This document shows, piece by piece, positions 38,581 to 50,900 of a stretch of 64,000 nt of DNA. The DNA is from Schmidtea nova (taxonomy: Eukaryota). The stretch lies in the NCBI GenBank assembly GCA_044892505.1, contig CM097883.1:293632001-293696000 (forward strand), given 5' to 3'. The translations under genes and the position numbers were made by a program. The notes below the pieces were generated by a model. That model worked only from the letters and a program-made list of their open reading frames with translations, was not told where the DNA came from and searched no databases. Numbering within the stretch: position 1 is the stretch's first letter; every line of letters begins with the position of its first letter.

Positions 38581-40275
38581 TTCGGATATTTCGTCATTAT
38601 TTTATGTTAAAAATAAATGTAAGTTTATTTATTATTTTTTTTTTATATGTATTAATAATAATAAAATAATAATGTTTTATCCGTTATAATAATGGCAATA
38701 TTTTCTTTTAAAAACTATAATTTATAATAATCCCTAACAACAATAACAATTTTAATGATAATTATAATGATGATAATAATAATAATTGAAATAATAATAA
38801 TAAAAATTAAGAAATTTGAATCTAAAATTGATGGTTTATCCGTAGTTATGAATGAAAATCTGAAAAAGCAGTACAAAGGTATGATACTATTAAACATTTC
38901 TAGAATTTGTCAGAACATCTATATAACAATGTTATCAATTTTGCAATTTTGAAGAATGGTTGATAAAATCGCCTTTGAATTCAGGCCGTATTATTTTTTT
39001 TTTGAGCATCCACAAAGTCAGGCGACGTTTTTGGTATCAAAATGTTAAGACATCTGTTCTTATTGAACTTGAACTTTCTATCACAATGTCAATTTTAATT
39101 GGTTTTACAATTTGGATTTTTACGAAAAGAATGGCCAACTCAATGATTGTTTTATATTATTTTGCTCCCACGCTTATACGTATGATTTTATTATTATTTT
39201 TTTTTTTTTAATTTAAATTCATCATCCTCACTACTGTCCACAATTGTAACAATATTAATACTAATGATAATAATAATACTATGATGATGATGATAATAAT
39301 AACAACATTAATAATAATAATAAAATAATAATATTCATAATAATAATAATAATAATAAATCGTAATATAATACTAATAATAATAACACTGATAATAATAA
39401 TGATGATATATAATATGATGGTGAAGATTTATTTTATTCTATTTTATTCTTTCAATTCTATCTTACTTCAATTCTATCCTGCTATTTCATTACCATTTAT
39501 TACCATTATTAATCCTATATTGACTCTGGTTTATAATTTTAAATTATTTCATTTTATTTAAACCTGCATTTGTTTATGATACTTTTTAAATATTTAATTT
39601 TTTTAATTTAATTTAATTTTTGTTTTATTTAATAGTTTTAATTATTTACTACTCTGATTTCATTATTTTGTATATATATATACATATATTTTACTTTATT
39701 ACACTTACCTACCTACCCTTATCATAGGTGTTATTAATTATTTTAAATTATCTCACCAGCTGGTTACGCCTGTGCTGCAGGCTGGTAGGGTAATTGGTTT
39801 TGAGAATCCAAATCCCGAAGTTCGAGATCTGCATTCTGAAAACCCTATAATTATTAAATTTTTTTATTTTTATTTTTATACATTTATTATATTAAATATA
39901 TATATTTTTATTTATACTTAAATACATATTTATATTACCTGAGTGACGTCCTATCGAACTTCTACTACAGGCGTATTAGTATCGTAATTTTTACTATACT
40001 CAATTATATATATTGTCATATATTTTATCATTACTATACAATTAATTAATTGATACTTCTAATTTTTTTTTTCACTGAAATTAATTTTACTCTAGGAACT
40101 ATGGGACTATCAATTTAATTTTTCGCAGAAATTAATATTTACTATTTTATTTTATTTTATTATTTTTTTTTGAATTTTTAATATTTAGATAATTTTGGGA
40201 TATTAATCATATTTTTTTTTTTTTTTTTTTTTTTTTGGGAAAATAAATAACAATAAGACTTTCTTTAATAAAATT

Positions 40276-41691
40276 CTATTTATCAATTACAATTTTGATA
40301 GTTTGGTTTCTTCCTCTATACGTGACGACAACCTTTGTTGCTTCCAATTCCTCACCATTGAACGTGATCATCTTATCGACCACTATTCCTTCTTTTGTTT
40401 GATTTCCTTTTTCAACACTATTTTGTTGCATCATTATTTTGTCCATTTCCACAATTGCATATTTAAATAAATCAAGTTTTTTCTCAACCATCATTTTCGC
40501 AGTTTTCTCACGAGCAATATGCATGTGTTCCACCATGTGAATGTCTTGTTCCATTTGCTGAACTTCTGCTTTCCTCTTCTCTTTTGGTTCCTCCATCTGC
40601 TCACTGGTTGTTGGAGCCTTTCTTTTCCTATACTCTTCTAACGAATATTTTCTTTTGCTGGTTGTTTCAGCACACTCTACATCATCCTGCCATTCATTTT
40701 CTATGGCCAAATAAATTCTTCTAATTGCATCAGTGTCTTCTAATGCCGTATGATTCCCTTTTTGCATTCTGATGCCACATATTTCTTCGGCTACTATTGA
40801 CAATTTATACCATTGCCCGTTCCTTGTGACTCTTCTTTTTGTCAATGCTCGAGCTGCCGCCAAATCGCGAATACCCCATAGATCCCTTGTCTGTACTCCA
40901 CTGTACAATAGTTCGCTTTGGAGATCATGTCCAACCAAGATTTTCCTTGCCGTTAATTGCTGAATTTTCCTCTGACTCTTGTATTGATCATCTTGATTTC
41001 TTGACATCTTCTCTGTGATGCCGTGAATTTGGGTAACGTAATTTTTTAGCTTTTCTCTGGGGGTTATTAATGAGTTATACAATATTCTTCCGTCATAGTT
41101 TATTAAACAAATAGACAGCGGAACCATCTTGTTTTGCTCACTTACGCCATATTCCGCGTCCATGAACATAATATTTTTTCTAATTTCTTCTTTTGTCATT
41201 TGTTTTCTCAAAAATGATTTTCGGTGCTTTAACATTTCTTCGGTTATCGGGAGTAACCTATTTTCTTCTTCATTGGTCATAATTTGTTCTAATGCCGGGA
41301 TTGTTGGAGCTGGTCCTCGGCATTCTAAAACAATGCAAGCCGTTCCATTGGCTGCTCGCATCTTCTTATGCCATATTTCTTTTGATATCTTCCATGATGA
41401 ATTAGTTTCCAATGTTTGTAGAACCGTTGCATCATTCTCTAAAATTTCTACTCTTCCTTTAAAAACATGAACCTCCCATGTCTCTTCGTTTCTTCTTATT
41501 AACACTTCTGAAAATTTCGTATTGGATTTCCATTCCAATTCCACCATACATATTCTCATTTCTTCATTCCCTAACCTTACCCAATTAGGAATTTTCAAAT
41601 TTTCTTCTATTACGATAACTTTGTCTGTATAGCTTCTTCTTTCTTGATAATATTTCCCGTATAATCTTGCTGGTTTGTTGATTTTTTCCAT
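40276..41691 (-). CDS. ORF2: 471-aa protein with a possible cupin-like N-terminus, a REX4/ISG20-like DEDDh 3'-5' exonuclease (aa ~174-333) and a charged C-terminus
   Basis: ExoI FMDAEYG (D178, E180), TQIHGIT, ILVGHDLQSE (E260 at the ExoII position), ExoIII HTALEDT (H314, D319). Motif order and spacing match REX4/ISG20. Confidence 0.85.
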   Translation of the reverse strand: MEKINKPARLYGKYYQERRSYTDKVIVIEENLKIPNWVRLGNEEMRICMVELEWKSNTKFSEVLIRRNEETWEVHVFKGRVEILENDATVLQTLETNSSWKISKEIWHKKMRAANGTACIVLECRGPAPTIPALEQIMTNEEENRLLPITEEMLKHRKSFLRKQMTKEEIRKNIMFMDAEYGVSEQNKMVPLSICLINYDGRILYNSLITPREKLKNYVTQIHGITEKMSRNQDDQYKSQRKIQQLTARKILVGHDLQSELLYSGVQTRDLWGIRDLAAARALTKRRVTRNGQWYKLSIVAEEICGIRMQKGNHTALEDTDAIRRIYLAIENEWQDDVECAETTSKRKYSLEEYRKRKAPTTSEQMEEPKEKRKAEVQQMEQDIHMVEHMHIAREKTAKMMVEKKLDLFKYAIVEMDKIMMQQNSVEKGNQTKEGIVVDKMITFNGEELEATKVVVTYRGRNQTIKIVIDK

Positions 41692-41971
41692 TCTTCCTTT
41701 AGATTTAATTTTGATCTTTTTTTTTTTTTTTTTTTTTTTCTTTAAAAATTTTCCAAGTCAAACTCTGAAAACAACCGCCATCTTTATATCCAAAAATTCT
41801 CTCCCCCTACAGTGTGATTATTCGACCAATCAAATTACATCAATACAATTTAAATTTTAACAACATATTTTACAACAAAAGATTATCAATTGACTATTAA
41901 AGAATCATTAACTAAAGAAATATAAGGGAAATAATACTGTATATTGTCATTACATGCAAAATAGTAGCTTA

Positions 41972-44900
41972 CTACACCCTTGATTCCAACCACATTGATA
42001 TCTGCGGCTTAGAATATTGAAAATCACAATTAGAATTGTTTCTTTTGTCAGTTCGTGAAATGAGGATAAAGCAAACGAGCAAGATCACTCTTTGTCTTGC
42101 CCTTATGATACATACAGAGAACATATCAACACAATTGTTAGTGAATGAATTTTCTTTATAGTTTAATGAAAAGTTTTCGATTTTTATACATGAAAGAGTT
42201 AATGGTAGAGTCAGATTGTGATCAAGGGTTTCTTTAGAGGGTTGATCGAGAACGAAATAAATCTGTCTGTCTTTAATGCAAATAGTTTGCCATCGGTCTG
42301 GATTGGTTTTCCCTTTGCAGTATTGGTTTGCTATAAGGAGTTTGCTTGTTTGTGATTCGGTTCCTGAGTTCTGAGTACTGACTCTCGCTCTGTTTCGGTG
42401 TTCTTTTCCCTCGACCTCAGCTTTATATGAAACGATTATTGTAGTATCACAATTTTCAATTTGAACTTGATTCGTTTTATTCCAGTATATCATCTCAATT
42501 TGAACATTTCTTTCAAACAATTGATTGTTTGTATAAATTCCTTTATTACGAAGTGGTTTTTTGTAATTGTTCATTGACAGATTAAGAGTGAGAACTACTT
42601 TCATTAAGTATACGTCTATTTTCTCTAAAGATGGTAATTTATTGACCGCATCTGGTATATCCATTTTTATTCCAACTGTGTTCGTTACCATATTTATTAA
42701 AACTGTCGTTATGAATAAAACTTTATTCATATAACTCAATGGAGTTGGATTTTTCTGGAACTTTTGCCGGATTTCTATTTCATCATTTGTTTTCTTTTGT
42801 TTATTTCGTAGCTGATGTTCCAGTTCAGGCACTTTCTTACATCTATTGGCATGAACTACAATTGTTTCTGCTTTTTTATTATTAATTGGTCGCAATTTTA
42901 GATTTGTTGCAGTCGCATCACAGACTGTATACGGACCTTTGAATGGTCTTTGTAATTTTGTTGAGAGTCCCTTTGTTGGCTCTGGCTTATTTAGATAAAC
43001 TAGGTCGCCAATTTTTATTCCGTGCTCATGCGCTTTTTTATCATAACTTTCTTTATATTGCTCCTGTCGATATTTTATTTTTAATCCGGCTTGAGTCCAA
43101 GCGGATTGTAAACGTTCTTGCAGAGCAACTTTATAATTTGGAATCTCTAAATATTGGGAAGTTGGTGATTGGAACTCTAAATCGATCGGCATATTATTTC
43201 GTCTTAGGTACATAAGATAAAAGGGCGTTTCTCCCGTACTCTCATTTACTGAATTTCGATAGGCATATAAGCATGGTCTAATGAACAGATCCCAGTCTTT
43301 TTGCTTTCGATTCACATAGGATGAGATCATATTAATTAATGTACCATTAAATCTTTCCACTAACCCATCTGTTTGTGGATGATATGGTGATGTGCTCAAT
43401 TTATATATACCAAATAATTCTGTAATAGATTTAAACAGATCACTCTGAAAGTTTGTCCCTTGATCTGTTAGCAATTTCTTTGGAACGCCATATCTAAATA
43501 TGATTTCTTCAACAAATATTTGTGCAACAGTTTCTGCCTTTTGGTTTGGCATAGCAAACGCTTCTGGCCATTTGGTTAAATAATCACAGAATACCAAAAT
43601 GTATTTATTTCCATTCGTTGTCTCGGGTAAAGGCCCGATAATATCCATTGCTGAAAATTCCATTGGCGCTGCTGGTATTGGCATTGGTTTTAGAGGAACC
43701 TTTATTTTCTTTCCAGTATTTCTTCGAGTCAGGCATATTTTGCAAGTGTTGCACCATTGCTTTACATCCTGTTCCATTGTATTCCAGAAATATTTTAGTT
43801 TTATTCGCGACAGCGTTTTTCTTGCTGACAAATGTCCTCCCAATGCCCCGTCATGGTACTGTAACAATAATGTATTTCGATGTATTATTGGAACTACTAT
43901 TAACAATTCATCATTTTTAATATATTTTAATATACCTCTGTGAATAACATATTTGTGTTTTTCCTCGATTAATTGTTTCAATTCTTTATCTTTTCTCATT
44001 ATTACTGTATGTTTTATTATTTGTTTCAGCTCCTCATCCATTTCTTGATCTCTCTGTAGCTCTGCCATATTATTTGCTGCTTTAACTACTGCAAATACAG
44101 TATCTCTTAAATTTATTTCTTCCTGGTTATTATTAATTTCCCCATTTGGAATTCTAGACAAGGTATCAGCATTAGCATTTGATTTTCCTGTTCGATATTT
44201 GATTTCAAAGTCATATTCTTGCAAGGCTAACGACCACCTAATTAATTTACTTGCTGCATCTCGATGCTTCATTAACCATTGTAATGGATTATGGTCTGTA
44301 TAGACAATGAATTTTCGGCCAACTAAGTACTGTCGAAATGTTGTTATGCCATATACTAGAGCAAGAGTTTCTTTTTCGATTGTTGAATAGTTTTTTTCAT
44401 GTGGTTTCAATGATCGACTAGCATATGCGATTACATGATCTTTTTCTCCTTCAACCTTTTGTCCTAATACCGCTCCCAACGCAAAACAGCTTGCGTCCGT
44501 CATTAACATAAATGTCTTTGTGAAATCAGGACCTCGTAATATTGGATTCATCATTAACTTTTGTTTGAGTATTTCGAAAACATCCTGCTGAGCTTTGCCC
44601 CACACGAATTTTGTGGTTTTCTTTAATAGCATCGTTAATGGTTGAGCAAAATGTGCAAAGTTTCTAATAAATTTTCTGTAATAGCTTGCTAACCCGAGAA
44701 ATTGTCTAATATCATCAACATTTTTTGGAGTTGGATAATCTTTAATTTTCTTAACATTTTCTGGATTTGGTTGTAGACCTTTTCGTGAAATGATATGTCC
44801 AATATACACCACCTCTGACTTTCCCCATTCACATTTTGATGGTTTGATTTTAAGATTTGCTTCTCTGAGCCGTTTAAATACTGTTTCCACATCTCTCATG

Positions 44901-47900
44901 TGCTCTTCGAAATTACCTGAGAAGATTATAATATCATCAATATATACCAAGGCGTGTGGAATATCTCGCAGCACAAAATTCATTCCTCTTTGAAATGTCG
45001 CTGGTGCACCTGTTAAACCAAATGGTAAAACATTAAATTCATACAAACCTTTTCCATCTGAAAACGCTGTTTTCCCTTTATCTGTCTCTTTAACTTTGAA
45101 TTGATTGTAGCCTTTGTTTAAATCAATAACAGTAAAATATTGAGCTTCTCCCATTTTGTCAAACATTTCCTGAGGAACCGGAATGGGATACGTATCCTTT
45201 CTTGTCACTTGATTCAGTTTTCGATAGTCAATACAAAATCTCAGTTCACCGTCTTTCTTTTTGACTACAACAATAGAGGAAGAAAATGGTGAAAAACTGT
45301 CTCTAATAATATGGAATTCTTTCATAGCCTTTATTTGTCTATCGCTTTCGTCTTGATGCGCATACGGAATTCTGTATGGTCGTAATTTAATTGGAGTTTC
45401 ATCAATTAATGGAATTTCATGTTCAATTATATGAGTTACTCCCAAATCATACTCATGTTTCGCAAAAATATCTTGATATTTTCTCAACAATTTTGTAAAT
45501 GTTTGTGTTTGCTCTTGCGTCAACTCTGCACTGTCAACTTGGGGTTCTTTGTATATTTTAATATTTTTTGGTAATCTTTTATTATTGATTTTTAGGATTT
45601 TTGTTAGCTTTCCTAATTTCGTTTTTGGTTTAAATGACACTTCTTTGTCGCTATTGTTAGTGATGCGAACAGGAATTAATTGATCTTGAACTTTCACTAC
45701 TTCGTCGCATATTGGAGTATCATATTTGGCAATTAAATTCTCACTTGGTTGAAATATAAATTCATCGTCTGGAACTCCCATTGTATTCACATAACAAATA
45801 ACTTCACTCTGAGGTGGTACTCTTAACGTTTGATTTAGAAACACATCTCCCGTTTCATGAATAACTTTTCCTGTTTTTCCTACAATTAGATTTCCGGTTT
45901 TCAAATCAAGAGAGACTCCTTCCAATTGCTCCAACACATCCATCCCTACCAAACACATTACTGGGCTATCTTTCATTATTAGCGCATTATGAACAATTTC
46001 TTTATTTCCAATATTGAATTTTACTCTGATCTGTCCAATGATATTTAATTTGTTTTTCGTCATTGATCGTACAACTTCTTCTGTGCTTTTCATTCGTGCT
46101 CTTTCCCCTGAATTTAATAATTTATCTGATAATATTGTATTGCTTGAGCCTGAATCTATTAATGCTTCGACTCTATGTTTATTCACTTGTATCCATATTC
46201 TTGGCTGTCTTCCTTTATTTCCAATTGTCATTAATGCATAATTTCCTGGTAATCCCAGCATGTTTCTCCTTTCAATTTCCGCACTAGTTGGTGCGATTTG
46301 CTCATTTGTCAATTCAATGTTTTCAACTGGTCTCATTTCTTTTAACTTCTCTACTGGATATATTGGTGCTGTTGGTAGAAAAGTTTTTGGAATGCATAAT
46401 CGACTGAATGTGTCTGTTTCACTTGTTTGTGGTACCGATTGTAATAAATTCAAAGATTTAGATTTTTCTCGTATATCATTAATTTTAATTTTACTGTTTT
46501 TATAATAATATATTGGAGGTACTTTTACTTTACCCCCATTCCCACTCTCGCTGTCCGAACTCGAATCAATGTCTCTTCCGTCATTATTTAGTCGTGACTT
46601 GACTTTCCCCATCTCTTTATATTGATGCTTTGTAATTACAAATCTTGCCAGACATGGAATACATCCGATAATCAGTTTCCAGGACCATCCCGAAATAACA
46701 TATAGCTGATGAGTAGTTAGTATTTGAGATATTATCACTTTAATCACCACGAACATAACATAAATTCCAATTAATCCTGCACATGCTTGTCCCAAAAACA
46801 TGAATTTCCCCCATATCTTTTTCATCGTATTGTACGTTGCTTTCTTATAATGATCTGGTGTTAGTAAATAATCATAATTTACTTTGCCTTCACCACTTGG
46901 TAATATAGTATCAATCATTTCAGTAATGACTCGTTCTTTCTTTGATGGAAATAGTAGATTTCTTCGGGCTTCTTCAACATCTTCTTGAGAATACAACTCA
47001 GTTTGTGCTAATTTGTCCAATGATGTAAAATTTATTAAATATTCAAGTTTTGTTAATTCTAATTTTTCTGGATTTCTTACTCCTTTATGATCTGGTAATG
47101 ATATCCACGAATCTGATGTTAGTCGATATAATGGTGCGAGCAATCGGTTACATTTTAAAAGTTTAGGTTTCGCGTCTTCTTCCAACAATATTCGAGTTAT
47201 TGGCTCCATGAATCTCAATTTACCATTAACACTTACTGGCAATTCATTGGTACATTGCTCGTACTTTATAATTTGCACGGGAATCTCGTTGCATTTATAG
47301 CTATACAATGCTTCTCCAAATACTCTTGCAAACACACCGTTTTCTGATATTAACATAGGTGCTACCAAGTTTGGATTTGTGACTGCCATCGCCATTCTGT
47401 TCCGTAGTATTTCTTTATTCAACTTACAGTCGTTTAATATCATTTCTCTGTAAATATTTTCCATAATACTTTGACTGTAGTGGAACAAATAGTCTATTTT
47501 GTTATTAAAATAATTTGTCAATTTGATATCCGTACTATGTATTTGGACTTGAGCTTCCTCGACTCTTTTCTTGGATACATAAATTCCTTTATAATTGGTC
47601 TCATACACCGTTTGACCACATTTATTTACCACATTTTTTCGAATAAATCTCATACCGTCATCTAATAAAGTTGACATCAAAACAACTGGAGTTTTTCTGG
47701 TTCTCAATGGGGTAATTCTGATTGTCATGTCCGGTTTTGCCTCCACATTCAAATTTTCCGGTCTTTCTCTCAACTGTTCTCCACTCATTTCATTAAAACT
47801 CATTGTTTTCAAATGTATTAAATTACATAGATTTGTCTTAACTTCGTACACCAAAATTGATTCTCCTGTTTGACAGCTAGCCTGCTTCATATTGCAGAAT

Positions 47901-50900
47901 GGATGCGTTTGTAACTTGCCTGTGTCGTCATCAAAAGCTCCTTGGAATTCTCTCAATTCCGTCAAATACTCTTCCATCACAACAATTTGATCAATAACTT
48001 CTCCATTCATTTTGTACGGTTCTCCTTTACAATCCCCATTAGCCTTTATTGTTCCTTTTTCGATAATTGTTTCTCGTATAGCATGATTTAATTTAGCTTT
48101 CAATTTAACCTCGGGGCTAATTTTCACTTCCCCTGTTTGAAACGCAGCCATGCAATTTTCTGGGTTTACATCAACTGGCCTTGGGATTGAATACATTTTA
48201 ATTAGTGATGTGTGACTCCATTTGCCACAATAAAACACAAAGCTCGTTCTCTTTACAATGCACTCTCTTACTACCGCATGTCTAAAGCCTGATTCTTGGT
48301 ATACATGATACTTTACATCATTTTCAACTGTTAAACTCATTGGGTGTGCATCAGAACATTCTGTCATGTCCACCATGGAATAAATCTTTCCCATTTTGGT
48401 TTGAGAACAATCGTACGCAATTAAAGATGTTGTTTGCGTCGTAATCGCACATAATATTATGATCATAAACATTATAAATGGAAGTTTCATAGGTTTACCT
48501 CTCGGTATTCCTTCGTAACTTTCTCTCTTTTCGACTGATGATTCTGTTTTTTGTTTAACTAATTTCTCCCAGCCTCCAATTTCCTTTATCCATTTGCCCA
48601 CATGCTTATACAATACTTTGCTCGCCTTTTTGATTACTTCATCTCGTTTTTCCATATTTAAATAATCGTGTGTCCCGATTTCTAACAAAATATAACTCGT
48701 AATTGTCAATACTAAATCTCTATCCATTTCTCCTGTCATCATATTGGTTATCACTCCATCATCACAGAATTCCTTGTTGTCTTTTACATATCTCAAGACC
48801 ACATAAAGTCTCTTTTTCAACTTTTTTGCAATTTTTCTCACATATAATTCTACTTGTGTTTTCTCTGCTGCTTCGCCATATAATTCATTTGCCAGCGCAC
48901 GTACAACCTTTTCAGTCTCTTTTAATTCCTTCTGACCTCTCTCACCTTGGAGTCTCTGTATTATTTCACATCTCACCTCGTATAAATCCTTGCGTTGTCT
49001 TTCCTCCGTAATATTATCAATCTCCATTTCTGTCATATACGCTTCATTTTTAACTTCCGTTTTTATTATACTTCCATCAATTCTCTGCTCAGTTTCCTGT
49101 TCCTCTCCATGTTCTGTCATTTCTTGTTCCTCTGATATTTCATCCTCATTATCCATTGTTTCACTGCCGAACTCTGGTAATTCAATTTTATAACCTTTTT
49201 CTACTTCATCTGTATCCACTTGTTTCACTGCAATTATATCATTAATAAAATTTTGATCCGTAAGAAATCTATCTTCGTTACGCTTTCGTGGCATACATCC
49301 ACAATCAAATAAATATTCATCATCGTCTAGCTCAAAACCTTTATACGTTAGCACAATTATTCCATCATTGCCCATGATTTCTGCTGTTCTTCGACGAATT
49401 TTATTCACTTTCGTATACCAATGTTCATCCGTATATTCTACTCCTTGACCATTTATTTTTAACAGTACTACGAATGGCTCATTATAAATCCCTTCTTCCC
49501 TGAATTCTTGACCAAATTTTTGAATAAGAGTTTTTATTGTTTTACCATATTCGTTTTCCGCATTCATATAGGGTCTAACACAGTCTAGAATTTTTAACTT
49601 GTCTTCTACTTTGAGTTCTAAATTCAAAATATTGTTTAATTTATCAATAATGTCACCTGTGTTTCCTTTAAGCAATGCTTCCATTAGTTCAAATCTGATT
49701 TCGTCAGAGTCATTTGTTACTGTTTTTTCCTTGGCGATCATATTCGTCATTTGCATTTCATTTTCACCGCCAGGAATTAATCCATAATCTACCAAGAATT
49801 CGCCATCCTCTAATACTTGATCCATAAATTTAAGTTCCACCGCCCAACTTTCACACTTGTGCATTACTTCTCTTTTTAGCTCGCGTACTTTCTCGTATGC
49901 ATCGATTTTATAGTTGGATTTTGTACCATCTGGAGCATTCATTTGGATAAATATAGGATCTAACCATTTATTTTTCCGTAGATATTGCCCAAATATTCTC
50001 ATAAAATCTTTGAATACATCTCGTTTTTCCACACTTGCTGCATAACATTCTGCACAAAGTTTAATAACAGTTTTAATTTTTGTCAGACTTAAAGGTATTT
50101 TAGTTAGCCTCGTAAATAATTCTGTTATTTTCTGGGAATTTACGTCTGGTTCCGCAACTAATTTTCTGATTTTGGCAATAAATACAGTACTCCTTTCACT
50201 TTGTATGTCGGCTTTAGCTTTATTGATTTGTACTTTATCTGATTCTGACTCGCTTTCGCTCAACTCTTTCCTCGTCATCATGTGGGTATCTGTTTCTTCA
50301 TCCGATTCAAATTTGGCTATCAATTTATTCAGTTTTTGGTTCAATTGTTTAACATCGCTTTCGATCTTTTCTCTAAAACCATCTTGCTGAACATAGGCTA
50401 TATTATCATTCGATGGATTTTCATCTTGAAATCTTATTGTTCGCTTTAATATTGGCCTTTGAAATTTATTCGTATTTCTTGGACAGGATCTTGCAATATG
50501 TCCATAATTTCTACACAAATGGCATTGAATTTGTCCGTTCAAATTTACATTGTCTCTCTGTGGTGAAGGTGAAGTTGAGGGTGATCTTGATCTTGAAAAA
50601 CAATTTCTGGAAACATGTCCTTTTCTACCGCAGCGATAACATTGCACTTCATTAACATTGGATTTTATATCAGGAACTGTTCTCCGAAAATTGGTTCCCC
50701 TATCGTTGGTACGATAATCTTGGGTTATTCTTCTGGGTGTACTATCGGAATTATTTTTGAACCAACACTGGTTTGCATAATGGCCAATCTTCTTGCAATT
50801 TTCACACTGGATCACTCTGGATCTCTCAGCGCCTTGGAAATTACGGCTTGGTCTATTTATATTTAACTCGGTTCTCCATTTGGGTGATGGACTTTTTGAT

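Noticed and set aside
38715-39211. Ile-rich and hydrophobic ORFs in the 3' region of the large element
   Set aside because: Derived from (AAT)n/(ATT)n low-complexity sequence.
49766-49777. IPGG as a ubiquitin C-terminal diglycine cleavage site
   Set aside because: By alignment it sits at ubiquitin's IQKE position (~residues 61-64), not at the C-terminal LRGG.
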